From positions 13,950,001 through 14,014,000 of the forward strand of contig CM022668.1 in NCBI GenBank assembly GCA_012295275.1: a stretch of DNA of 64,000 nt, written 5' to 3'. The stretch's first letter is position 1, and the number at the start of each line of letters is the position of its first letter. Shown piece after piece: positions 43,116 to 56,601 of the stretch. The notes under the pieces were generated by a model that saw only the letters and a list, made by a program, of their open reading frames with translations, did no database searches and was not told the origin of the DNA. The position numbers and the translations under genes are program-made. This DNA is from Chrysomallon squamiferum. Taxonomy: Eukaryota > Animalia > Mollusca.

Positions 43116-44525
43116 CATCTTGCTTTATCCAGATATGCACACTGTTTTGCCATCCTTAATCATACGTCCTTGCGTAGAATTAATTATTAGTGTTCAGAGT
43201 TTTTTGTATTAACTGTTGTTTTTACAGATTAAATAGTGTTTTAATCTTTTAAGATTATTAAATCAGAGGGATTAAAACATAGCATAGTCCAAGTAATAAA
43301 AGCGCATAAAAAAAGTTTTTAGTTTGGACGTTTGTACTTTCGATGACAGATAGAAAATATGTTCCCAAACGACAGAGCAAAAAAAACAACAAATCCTGGC
43401 TATTAAAGTTTTTAAGCGTTTCTTTTCTTCTATTTTTTTTTTTTTTTTCTCTCTTCTTTTTTTTTTTTCTTTCTATTTTGTTCTTTCCTGTTTCTCTACA
43501 CTTTTCAGCCTCTCTCCCATTCTTTTACTCGTTATTTGTTTATTTTTTTATATTTTATTTTTTTTTATTAATGTTTTTTTTTGTCTTTTTTTATTTTATT
43601 TTATTTTTTTTTTTGTGCTGTAAACAGCCCCACCTAGTAGTGTACGATTATGTACGCATTCTTTAAAATCTCCACAAAACAAAATCTTATCCAGCCCACA
43701 CAGGTCAAACTGTTGATGACTTCAGTAATGTTTCTTATGGGCGTGGTCGAGCACACTGTTAATATTTGCTCATATACTTCTTCTTCTTCTTCTTCTTCTT
43801 ATCAAAGGAAAGAAAAATAATAGGCCTTATAATGGTGGTTAGATAACGTGTCTGAAACGTGACCAAATTTCTCAACTACTTTTATTTTATTTTTATTTAA
43901 TATTTGTAGCTATTTGTCAGGTTTCGTTTAGCAGAAGCTATGACAAATCTTTCATTTATCTACGGAGAGGTGTAATCTTTAATGATATCCGGTTTGTACA
44001 AGATGATAATAGATGCTTTTTTGATGATGATAGCGGGGGTTCTTTTCTAGTATCTTTTTTTAAGAGTTTACATGCTAGACACTGAATAATATTAATATTA
44101 AATCATGTTTAGTCGTAAAAGTTAAAACCCTTCTTGTATAAATTATTATTATTTTTTTTTTTTTTTTGGCTTTATTTTATTCAGTAGCTGTGTATGTGTG
44201 TGTGTGTGTTTGTGTCTCTCTGTGTGTGTGTGTGTGTGTGTGGTGTGTATGTGTTTGTGTTTGTCTCTCGCTAAGGTTCTGTGGTTATCTGTGGATATGT
44301 TTGTGACGTCATCTGTTAAAGGGATAGGGTATACGCTTGCTTGTCTAAAACACAGGTGTTTAACTGTGTGTTTATCTATGTTTTCTTGTGTATATATATA
44401 TATATATCAGGTGAACGTACTTTGATTATAAATACAAATTTACATTAGTTAATTTAAATAAATAACTATATTACAATGATAAAAAGAGATACAAAGAAAC
44501 AATATAAACATGTGCATATACAAAA

Positions 44526-44572
<47 letters not shown>

Positions 44573-45204
44573 AATGAAAAATATATATTTATTTTAGCGT
44601 TTTTAACCACACAAAGCAATAGTCAGAAAAAAAAACTGAAAAAAAAGAAGAAAAAAAAAGAAGAAAAATAAATGAAATAAAATAAAATCAAAACTAAAAA
44701 TGTTTGCTCGTAGCGATAATTCATTACCTAAAACAAGGTAATACTTTTCTAATTACGTCACCAGGTCTGCAAGATTAAACATTTGCCAGAGGGGCAAAAC
44801 GGTTTGCAGCAATTCACACAGGAAATCGTTTGGTACGTACAAGACTGAAACAGATTAGGCCGTCTGTTTTATCGAGCAGGCGACATTTTGTGACCTAGTT
44901 ACAGTCGTTTACCGCCTACACCTTTTTCACGACAGACATTTTATATATTTTGAAAACTTTTATTCAACAAATTTTTCGCGAGTAGATGTATTTAAGAGTT
45001 ATCTCCTCTTCGAATAGAATAATATAGAATTTATGTGGGTTTTTTTTATTATTATTTGTTTTTGTTTTTTTAAGAAAGAAAAAAGATAAAGGATGTAGGA
45101 TTATGTGTAGAAGAAAAAGTATCTGTGAATTTAACTGTTTGTTCAGAATGTAATATTTATATCCATCCTGCCAGTGACAGAATGTACAAGTTTCGCAGTT
45201 CAGT

Positions 45205-45240
<36 letters not shown>

Positions 45241-45309
45241 TTAAAAAAGATCCCCTTAAGCATCAAGGTAGCATTTTCTTATGGCGATTTTGTGAAATTA
45301 TTATATTGT

Positions 45310-45391
<82 letters not shown>

Positions 45392-46769
45392 TTTTGATTA
45401 TACTTCTGCTTCTTAATTCTTCTTTTTTTTCCCCTTTGTTTTAGTTTATTTTTATTTTTCCCTCTTTAACTAGCACCTAGTAATACCTGAAATGGAGACG
45501 TCAGCATTTTAAAACGGGAAGAGTATATCAGCAGTTTCGTAAATAATACTTTGACACTAATTTCTTACGTAAGACCTTAAATTCTGGTGTTCCTATAAAT
45601 TACCGTTCTTGGCATGCAATCTTTAAGTACGGAAATTACAAACAGTCCACGACTCGGGTGTTTCCGGACGAAAGGTTTACGTGCTTACACGAACATAACA
45701 CCACTTAGTGACTTGATTCAAAACTCGTGTAAAATGTACCTAAACGAGAGAGTGTTTAGCAGTTCTGTAATTTCGAACATTACTAAACATTTAGATTATT
45801 AGTGGAAACAGAAAATAAAGACGAAGACGAGGAAGAAGAAACAGAATAACGAAGAGGAGATGATGGAGGAAGGTGAAGAAAAATAAAGAAAAATTAAAAA
45901 ATAAAAATAGTAAAAAAATTAAAAAGAAAGCAGGAATAGAAAAATAAGAATGAGGGGGTGAAAGAGGAAGTAGAGGAAGAAGAAAAAGAAAAGAAAGAAA
46001 GAATAAAACAAAGATAAGGGGAGAAACATAGGAGCAAAAGCAGATGAGAAGAATAAAAAAGAGGAAGAAGTGAAAAATAAAGAGAAGAAGAAGAAGAAGG
46101 AGAAGAAGAAGAAGAAGAAGAAGAAATAATATTTAGTAAATAGTCAAATCTATGAACGAATAAAAACTATTTTAATGTATATTTTAGATTGCAGTCGCAA
46201 TCGATTAATTATCATTGTAAGGGAAATAACTCTTATAACCTTGCATGACAAACTTCTCTCGGAGACCAAACAAAAATATTAATGCATTTGGCTTAAATCG
46301 CTTTAATTTCGTCTTTATTATATTATTACACTTACGATAATTAGATATTGCTAAACACAGATACAAAAAAAAAAAAAAAAAAAAAAAGAATTAAAAAATG
46401 ACGATAGAAAGTAACCTACTGACATAGCACAGAAGTAGTGTTCGTGTGTGTGTGTGTGTGTGCGTGTGTGGGTGTGCGTGTATCTTTGTGTGTGCTCCTG
46501 TGTGCAGAGATAAGAAGTAAAAGAAACAAATAAATCTATTACTGTCATCATCATCTCCATTATTATACATCTAAATTCGTTGTCATTGACTCTACCATTG
46601 ATATTTTTTACCGTCGAACCAAAAACTGGACGGCCAAGGAAACGACAAACAGACGCACGGACAAACTACGTCTGTTTCCTGCTCCACATTCAACGTATGG
46701 GAAGAAATCAAGACACTTTCCCCCCCACACTTAAACAGTCTTTTTTACGAATCACGTATCCGTCTGGCC

Positions 46770-46940
46770 ATTTATCTCCCTTGGCAATGACGTCATCCCA
46801 CACTTGTTTGTCGACATGGTAACAGCAAACGTAAGCGGGTTTTGTTGCGTTGTTCGACGTTGCGTTGTACGCAAGGAAGTTTCTTCTCCATCGACCTTCG
46901 CATCTGACGTCATGGCCGTTTCCATGGGATACGGGATCTG
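46770..46940. promoter_or_regulatory. Candidate enhancer (two CRE and RFX X-box-like pairs)
   Basis: TGACGTCA at 46788 and 46905; GTCGACATGGTAAC at 46810-46823 and GTTTCCATGGGATAC at 46918-46932. Confidence 0.5.
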
Positions 46941-47029
46941 AAATGAAAGAAAGAGAAGTAATGAAAATAGCAGTCGAACGAGAGGAAAAACATCTATTTG
47001 AAAGAAATAGATTTAAAGATAGATATAAA

Positions 47030-47105
<76 letters not shown>

Positions 47106-47138
47106 TAGCGAGAGAGAGACAGAGAGAGCAAGAGAGAG

Positions 47139-47213
<75 letters not shown>

Positions 47214-47422
47214 GTTAAAATGAAAGAGAAAACTCGACAACAACAACGAAATCAAAAACGCATATACAACCGCCCCCCCCCCAAAAAAAACCCACTCTCA
47301 AACAAACAAACAAACAAAACAAAATGTATTATAAATAAAAAGGATTCCTTGCTACTAATCGATGAATGCGGCGGCGTTTAGATTTCTTTTTACAAAAAAT
47401 TATTATTATACATTAAAATAAC

Positions 47423-47464
<42 letters not shown>

Positions 47465-48589
47465 GTATACTGTTTTACGTTTTCTTTTTCTTTATTTTTT
47501 ATTGTATCTGCTTCCTTCCTTCCCTCATTCCTTCCTTCTTCTTTCATTCTTTCTTTCTTCTATTCTTGCTTCCTTCCATCCATCCATCCTTCCTTCTTTT
47601 CTCTCTCTCTTCCTTTCTTCCACTCTTTCATCTTTCCTTTTTTCATTCATTCTTTCATTCGTTCATTCGTTCGTTCATTCATTAATCATCTTCTTTCAAG
47701 AGCTCCATGTTGTGTTTCAAATACTGACAACTAAATCTGGTTTTTTGTTTTTTTTTAAAAAGCACTTCGTTCTGGTGTTTATAGAGCTCTCGGGGTGAAG
47801 TCCATGGTTTCAAGATAAACTTGAACGTTATCTGTGTTTTGGTTCATGTTTCTAAACTGATTTGAAGGCATGATTGCTTCACCTCATTTTTCGTATATTT
47901 CGGAAGCCCCTCTTTGCAAAAAGATAATTCTTAAACGACAACTGGAATTCTTATCTGCTGTGTTAAACAGAAGGAAAACGATACAAAAAAAAAAAAAAAA
48001 AAAAAAAACATAACCGCGAAAGTAAGTCAAACTGAATATAGAAAGAAAACAAGAAACAGTAGGAAAAGATGAAGAAGAAGAAAAAGAGGAGAAGAAAACG
48101 AGCAGTAGTAGAACGTAGTAGCAGTAGCAGTCGTATAGTAGTAATAATAATGGTGATGATGATGATGAGAAGAAAAAGGAGAAAAACAACGACTACGACG
48201 AAGACGATTATGATGATGATGATGATGATAATAATAATAAGAAGAAAAAGAAGAAGAAATCTAAATATAGCAATAGCAATAATACTGACATATGTCTAAT
48301 TAAAAAAATAATTACAACTTCCTTTTCGATTTATGAGAGGATGTAGTTTAAGAGTTGCTTGCTGCTAATTTGTAAATGTTATCATGTATATTTGAAGCGA
48401 AATAACCGTTACTGTGTATATAGACAGACACATACGTACAAACACACATAAACACATGTATAAACATTAGTTACATAAACACATAAACATTAAATATTCA
48501 TTTACTCTATTCATTGGTTAGTGTTGTCCCATTAATTTAAACGTAACTAATACTATGTTCTTAATATCACCATTAACTAAATGACAAAA

Positions 48590-48770
48590 GTTGCTATAAT
48601 GTTTGACGTCATAAATAACTATTATTAGACCCTTTGACGTCACAGTTAACTAAACATGGTTGTTACAATATTCGTTTGACGTCACATCACCTAAACTTGA
48701 CTATTAGGTAAACATGATTGTTGCAATGCGCGTGCACATCACTAAGCTATGGACGTGACGTCATATTAAA
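48590..48770. promoter_or_regulatory. Cluster of four perfect CRE palindromes
   Basis: TGACGTCA at 48604, 48635, 48677 and 48756. Confidence 0.6.
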
Positions 48771-49522
48771 TACATATCACTACTACGAGAGATAATTTAA
48801 ACTTACGAAACCAGAACACAAAAAAGAACAAGAGGGCTAGCAACAGTAATCCTAGAACAGCCAAGCAGAAGATCAGACAACACAACTTTCGACGTCTTTT
48901 CCGTTTCCTGGCCTTCTCTCTTTCCCGTTCCGACCGCTTCTCTTGTCTCTTATCTTTCCACTACATGTAAAGAAATACAGATGTGTAAATTTACTTATAT
49001 GTGGATTTTGAAAGGATGGCGCATAATCTACCTTTGTAAGAAGCAGCTTATTAAATTGTTATTATTATAATTTTTATTTGTTATTGTTTTTGTGGTATGT
49101 CAGTGCTTTTTTTAAATTATTTTTCTTGATTCACAATCATCATCATCATCATCATCAAAATTATCATCATCATCAAAATTATCATCATCATTACCTTATT
49201 TTTATTATTCTTGGAACAACTTTTCTCTCTCTCGCATGAACGCGAAGATTTCACATCGTCGTCTGCAATCCTAAAATGTCCATTTTGTTTCGGGTTGCGT
49301 CCAAACTGGCCATTCGAACTGTCGTACATTTCTGACCCGTGACCCTGCCTAAGCCACGTCCATCGGTTAGATCCGCTTTGATCTCCATGTAATTTGTCCG
49401 CTCCTTCCGGTTGATAGTAATAGCTTGCCGGCCAGTCGAGGGCGCCACTTGAAATTGGCATTATCTCCCCTTGGTAAATTTACCTCTGAATTATTAAAAT
49501 TTTAAATATTAGAAAAACAATA

Positions 49523-49585
<63 letters not shown>

Positions 49586-49614
49586 AATCAAATTCTAAAT
49601 TATATTGACGCTCA

Positions 49615-49728
<114 letters not shown>

Positions 49729-49896
49729 ATACGCATATGAAATATAGCATTTAGATTAAAACAGTAGGAATTTAATCAATAAAATCGTTAATATTAAAAG
49801 TATTGTACAAGAAAAAATCAGTAACAACAACAGCAAAAAAATAAAAAATAAAAAATAAAATAAATAAACAAATAAATAAATAAATACAACCCACAA

Positions 49897-49986
<90 letters not shown>

Positions 49987-50517
49987 TAAAAACAACGCCC
50001 CAAAACAAAGCCAAACAAAACAACAACAAACAAGAAAGCAAATAGAAAATGGCAAAAAAAAAAAAAAAAAAAAAAAAAAAACACACACACACAAAAATAC
50101 CGTAAACGACTTCAGGAAACAACAATAAAAATAAAACGAGCTTTTAACTTCACTTCATAAATATCTACCAGCGTTCTAAAACAAGTGAAACCATAAAAAA
50201 AAAAAAAAAAAACAACATAAAACAACCACATTATGTAAATCCACACATACTTTCTACGTCCAGGAATCGAGTCTGTAATACGCATAAAAAAAAGAATTAA
50301 AGTAAACTCCTGAACATGATATCGAGTCAGGCCTGTAAAATAATTATTTATAATGTTTTATTAATGATTTCAACGTCTGGCAAAAGCGACTACTCTGATA
50401 AATGCATGGCCTGAATGTGGTAATGAATAGTATGTAAAGAATCAGAGGCGGACACACAGTTTATATAGGGGAGGTTATCTGCAGTACATGAAATGGATTT
50501 ATGCTAAGAAGTTACTT

Positions 50518-51125
50518 TTATATGTAAAAGATGATATAAAATGGAATAATGTAATTAAAAAGAAATGCATTTAATACTGAATGAACGTAGAAAAATTATC
50601 TTATCTTTCCTTGGTGTTTATTATATGTAAATGATGATATAAAACGGAATAATTTAATTAAAAAGAAATGCATTTAATATTGAATGAACGTAGAAAAATT
50701 GTCTTATCTTTCCTTGGTGTTTATTATATGTAAATGATGATATAAAACGGAATAATTTAATTAAAAAGAAATGTATTTAATATTGAATGAACGCAGAAAA
50801 ATTATCTTATCTTTCCTTGGTGTTTATTGTATGTAAATGATGATATAAAACGGAATAATTTAATTAAAAGAAATGTATTTAATATTGAATGAACGTAGAA
50901 AAATGATCTTCTCTTCTCTTGGTATTATGTGTAAAAGATGATATAAAATGGAATAATTTAATTAAAAGAAATGAATTGAACATCAAATGAATGTAGAAAA
51001 GTTATACTATCTTGTATTGGCATTATATGTATATAAAATGGAATAATTTAATTGAAAAAAAAAAACAATTGCTGAATAATGAATGAACGTGGAAATATTA
51101 CGTTATCTTGTAATGGTATTAGGAT
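50518..51125. repeat. Tandem satellite, ~103-bp unit, ~6 copies
   Basis: gatgatataaaa.ggaataatttaattaaaaag recurs at 50530, 50633, 50736, 50839 and 50937, then degenerates. Confidence 0.92.
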
Positions 51126-51880
51126 ATAATGTTAGATGAGCAAAAATAACATTAATGATGAAAGATTCTAACACATCTGTTTTGAATCCCATGTCACGGT
51201 TTGAACTTAAAACTTACAAGCCTGAAACATAAAACCTACATTAAAAAATAAAAAAAAATAAAAAAAATCTTCTGAATCCAGTATCTAGGTTTGAACTTAA
51301 TAACTTCTCGGCTGCAAGGTAAAAATGAGAAACAAACAACAAAAAAACAAACAAAAAAATTCTTCTGTATCCCCATTACTTAACAGCTATCAGCTATAAA
51401 TAATCTTAAATTTATGTATCAGCTAATCCAAACACGACACGAAGTACAGGTTTAAAAAAAAAAAAAAAAAAAAAAAAAATAAAAAAAAAAAAAAAAAAAA
51501 ATCTTTAAAAAAAAACCCACATTAATTCTCGCTTCAAAAACACAACAGCACCCGGAATATATATATATATATAAAAAAAAAAAAAAAAAATAAAAAAAAT
51601 TCTGTGGCTTTATGGAAAGTTAATTATCTAGAAGTTACCCTAAACTTATCGGTTTATATTAGTTTTATCAAACGTTTCTTTAGCTTGGCTGTCAGTCACG
51701 GGGAACGCTGTTTCGTTGTATCTTTGTTCAGTTTGTGGCATCTGAGGTTATTAAACACCTCCAGCAAGATTAGATAACTCTGTTTTATATATGTCGCTTG
51801 GACTTAATAGCTTCGGCAACACGAAAGCAACGCGGTTGAAGGTCATCATAATATTTTGATTCGTTGGGAGTGTAAATTTG

Positions 51881-51929
<49 letters not shown>

Positions 51930-51961
51930 TAATTGTGTTTTGTTGTTAATAATAATAATGA

Positions 51962-52005
<44 letters not shown>

Positions 52006-52809
52006 TTACTACTATTACTAATAATAATAATAATAATTTTTCTTCTTTGTCTTATTATTATTATTGACGTTATCGACAACAAAATTTATGCCAATGCTGA
52101 ATTATATTTCCTTTTTTTTCATTCATCTCCTTCCTTCCTTTTTTCTTTCATTCTTCCTTCCCTTTTCTGTCTTTCTTTCATCTGTTTATTTTGACTGTAA
52201 GTGTTATAGAGAGGTAGCAGTAGAAATAATTGTAGATATACTAGATATTAGTAGTATTATTAGTAATAATAGATATTGCAGTACTATGATATCAGCAGTA
52301 ATGGACTTAGTCACAGTAGAGGCAGAAGTTTCAGTAACAGTCTTGTAGTAGTAGTAGTTGTAGTAGTTGCAGTAGTAGTAGTTGTAGGGTCAGTACAAAC
52401 AGAAGTGGTACTAATAATTTTACTAAGAGTAACCGCAACCAATACAACAGCTGCAGAATTACTAATAAAAGTCGTAGAAACATTTGTTTTTGTTTTTGTT
52501 GTTGTTGTTATTGCTGTTGTCGTTGTTGTTATTATTATTATTTCTATATTTCATTTCAAAAGAAATAATCTAAACACAATACTTTCGGAGAAAACAAAAT
52601 ATCTGGTTTTATTTTCATTGCTGAAGAATTTTGTCGTAAGTTGAAGTGGATAATCTCCCTTTAAATTAAAGCCGTCGCCATTTTGTTTGTTTATTTATTT
52701 ACCGGAACTGAAGCACTGCGCTATAATTTTATTGTCTTTGTTCCCAGGATAAGTACCAGTCATGTTTGAGTTTGTTATGAACGAAAAGGTGAAACAAAAC
52801 ATTAGATAG

Positions 52810-52847
<38 letters not shown>

Positions 52848-53022
52848 AAAGAAAAAGGTTAGAAAAGTTTAAGAATGGAAATAAATAAGGAAATCTGAGA
52901 GGAAGAACAAATATATAAGAATAATTAAATACTTCCTTCCTAGTAAACTAATAAATAAACTCAATATTTCATTAATCGATGTCACGTGACTGGCCTAAAC
53001 CAATTTAAAGTATTAAGACAAA

Positions 53023-53054
<32 letters not shown>

Positions 53055-53284
53055 AATAATAATAAAATAAAAAAATAATAAGATTAAAAAAGCAAAGTGA
53101 TATCAGTCTTGTTAAATGAGGAAAGGAAGACTATAAAAGATATTTTGTTAGAAAAAAATATATTACGTGATTTGTACCATGTGACTCTCATTATTTATGT
53201 CAAAGACAAGAGGTTAAAAAAAAAAAAAAAAAAAAAAAAAAGAATAATACTAATAAAATCAAAATCAAATCAAAGGTAGACAGG

Positions 53285-53342
<58 letters not shown>

Positions 53343-53589
53343 GAAGAAGAAGAAGAAGAAGAAGAAGAAAAAGAGAAATTAAAAAGAAGGGAAAAAAGAA
53401 AAGATAAACACTTAATATTCTCAAATCATGTAAATTATCTAATCATTTAACCGGAGAAGAAGAAAAAAGAAGAAGAAAAAGAAGAAAAGAAGGGGAAAAA
53501 AAGTAAATACTTAACCGAAGAAGAAAAATTAAAAAAAAAAAAACAACAACAAAAACAACAACGAAAAAACAAGAAAACGAAGACGAAAT

Positions 53590-55800
53590 AAATTGCATTA
53601 ACCAATCACGTGACCGCCTTCGCAGCCAATCAGACGAGACGAGACAAGAAACAGCCGACGCCATTCAAAGACGGCGTAACATCTCGCTCGCGTCGGCCGA
53701 GAAAACGGCGGTTTCTGTCGAATCAGGACGAGGAATCGATATTAAAGCAAAGAGGACGCGCGTTCCTAGGCGATGAAGCCACGCGCCGAGCTAATCTAAG
53801 TATCCTCGATTTCGTCTCTTGCATCTGGCGGCTTGCCTCGGTCGATTTCAATCTAACAACATATTAAAGATTTGTGTAACAATTTCCAAGACGCCTCGCC
53901 GTAACCAGTAATAAAAATACAGATATTCTTTTGTGTCCGGGAGCAGACGTGTTTTTTTTTTTCTCTCTCGGTATCTGGAAGGGGGTGGGCGAGGGAGGAA
54001 GGGAGGGAGGGAACTTGGATGTCTGTCGATTAGTTTGACGTCTGCGCTTACAAGAAGAATATGCATTTTTTTTTTTTTTTTTTTTTTTGGCAGAAATATT
54101 TTGAGGATAATGATAATAATTATTATGATGATTGTTTTTTTTGGTATTATTATTTATATTATTGTTACTTTTTTTTTTTTTTTTTTTCGATTCTGTTGTT
54201 GACATTTGTTATATTATTATTATTATTATTATCATTATTATTAGTAGTAGTATTAGTAGTATTAGTAGTTGTAGTAATAGTAGCAATAGTAGTAGTAGCA
54301 GTAGTAGCAGTAGTTGCTGCCCTTTTTAACCAATTTCCGTTTGTTGTAATTTTATGTGTAATAAATAAATAAATAATGAAATAATGTTTTATTTATTTAT
54401 TTATCGTTTATGTGTACAGAAAAATAAACGAGAGTTAGAGTGCTTACGCACTCCTGATCTCTGTATTCGCTCTCAATAAGGGAAGAAAATGTACGTAATT
54501 ATTATTATTATATGAAAAAAACAAATCTTTTACGATAAACATTCTACGTCATCACTAGCAACACAGTTATATGGGTTTAATAATTTCTTTGACTATGGCA
54601 TTATTTTATTTTAATTTTATTTATATTAATTGTTTATTTATTTCGTTTTGTATTACTGAGAATTAAAATAAAATAAAATAAAATAAAATATTTAATAAAA
54701 TAAAATAAAATAAAATGAATTAAAAGAAAAAGAATTCATGACAGAGTATCATACTCGTTTTCTACGTAAATTATAAGCAAACGGTCACATGACCAGAAAA
54801 CCCATATATTAAATATTAAACTATACAAAACGTAGTAAAGAGATAGAATGTGCAGATAAATCTATCCGAACTAATAACCGTACATATAAACATAACTAAT
54901 TTTAATTCGACTCTGTGTAAAAAACCCCAGCAATTCCGTCATCGCGATTCGATCTCAAAACATCAGGCACGCGAAACGAACGGCGCCAAGGAAGAGGGAC
55001 TGCATCTGCATCTAAAGCACAGGCCCGCGCGTCTTTGCCGGAGCGCCAATCGATAACTCGGATATAGAAAATAATTCAATATGGCGGACGAGTCCAATAT
55101 TCCGTGTACCGATGCAAAAAGAAAAAGGCGCCTTCGTTTTATAGATCTCCATTAAGCAGAAGCATTATTAAGGTTCAAGATAGGGAAGATGGAAATATCG
55201 ACCGGGCGAGGGCGAACACAACTGCAGCAACCCAAGACGAGCTGTCGCCCCTGTGGACGAAATGAGCACGGTCCTAATCAGTCTATGCTGCCTGCACCTT
55301 GGAAGCGAACTGTGTTTGATGTTTACGGGGGAAAAAGCTGGAGAAATGCTGAAAATACTGAAAGCAAACTGAGGTTCTGTGGATTTTACCACCATTGACT
55401 AACGGCAATTTGGAAAAAAAAAAAAAAAGAAAAAAAAAAAAAAAAAAGATTAATAATAATAATAATTTTCGGTCAAATGTTTTTTCTCCTACAAACGACA
55501 TATCTGTTCGCGGGTGAAAATCAGTCGTCTGCTACTGAGAAAATGGCCGCGCGGCCGCTGGAAGGTAATGGCGAAGATGAGCTATTGGTGTTTTCTCAGC
55601 TCGTGCGACCTACACATCAGAACGTGTTGGCAGTGTGTTTGATTTGTTCAACTGACAGATAATAACAACCGGTCGGGTTTTGACCGTTCTATGCGGGACT
55701 CACGATGGACTTGTTAATACAGGGCTAACGAAATCTTGGCGTCTCTCTCTCTCTCTCTCTCCCCTGGGTACAAACTGGTACCCCGCCTCTTGAGATTTCC
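53590..55800 (+). promoter_or_regulatory. CpG-rich promoter and 5' leader region of the GPR158-like gene
   Basis: Two CpG-rich islands (53590-54050 and 54930-55800) with CCAAT boxes at 53602 and 53626, CACGTG at 53607, and YY1-like ATGGCG/AAAATGGC at 55081 and 55540. Confidence 0.55.
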
Positions 55801-55935
55801 ACAAAGAAGACGCTTATTACCGGAATCTGCCAATTTCTTGTTTTGTTTTGTTTCGTGTGTGTGTGTGTGTACGCGCGCGCGCGCGATTGGTGAAGTTTTT
55901 AATCTTGGAATATAATTCTTTTTTTTCTTTTTTTC

Positions 55936-55983
<48 letters not shown>

Positions 55984-56601
55984 TTTGTTTGTTTGTTTAT
56001 TTTTTTTGGAAAGAAAAATAGAAGAAAAAAAAATTTATTAAATCAATTCAAAATTCAAAGGAAAGAAAATAGAAATAATAAATTTCATGAATTATAAAAA
56101 TTTCAAAAATAGATTCTCAAAATTTATTTTGTTTTAATATTCAGTGTGATTCGTGTTTTGGAACATTCCGACAGTGACGTCACAATGTACGGAAAAAGAC
56201 GACTATGGCATAACGGGTGTTATCATTTTTATTTTATCGTTCTTCTGTGATTTCTAAGTGTTTTGTGATGGTGGTGTATTTAATGCGTCTATTATAACCG
56301 TATATGTATGTGTTCAAGCCTCCGTCACAGGCCTTACTTTCAAGACTTCGTTTTCAACGTGAGGTTGTTTTTGTTGTATTTCGGTTGATAAAGCTGTGCT
56401 TTTTAATTACAATGTGACACCGTATGGACGGACAGCTGTGTTATTCATGCCGTGAAACCAACCAAGAACGATGTCGATGTAAATATGTGATTTAAATAGA
56501 AAAAAAAAAAAAAAAAAAAAAAAACGAAAAAAAATTGTGATTAGTTTGTACAGAGGGTATGACACGCTGTAAAACGTGTCTGCACCAACGAATACACCAA
56601 C

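Noticed and set aside
50518-51125. CRISPR-like array (also considered for 62545-63685)
   Set aside because: Whole units repeat without unique spacers, there are no cas genes, and the context is eukaryotic.
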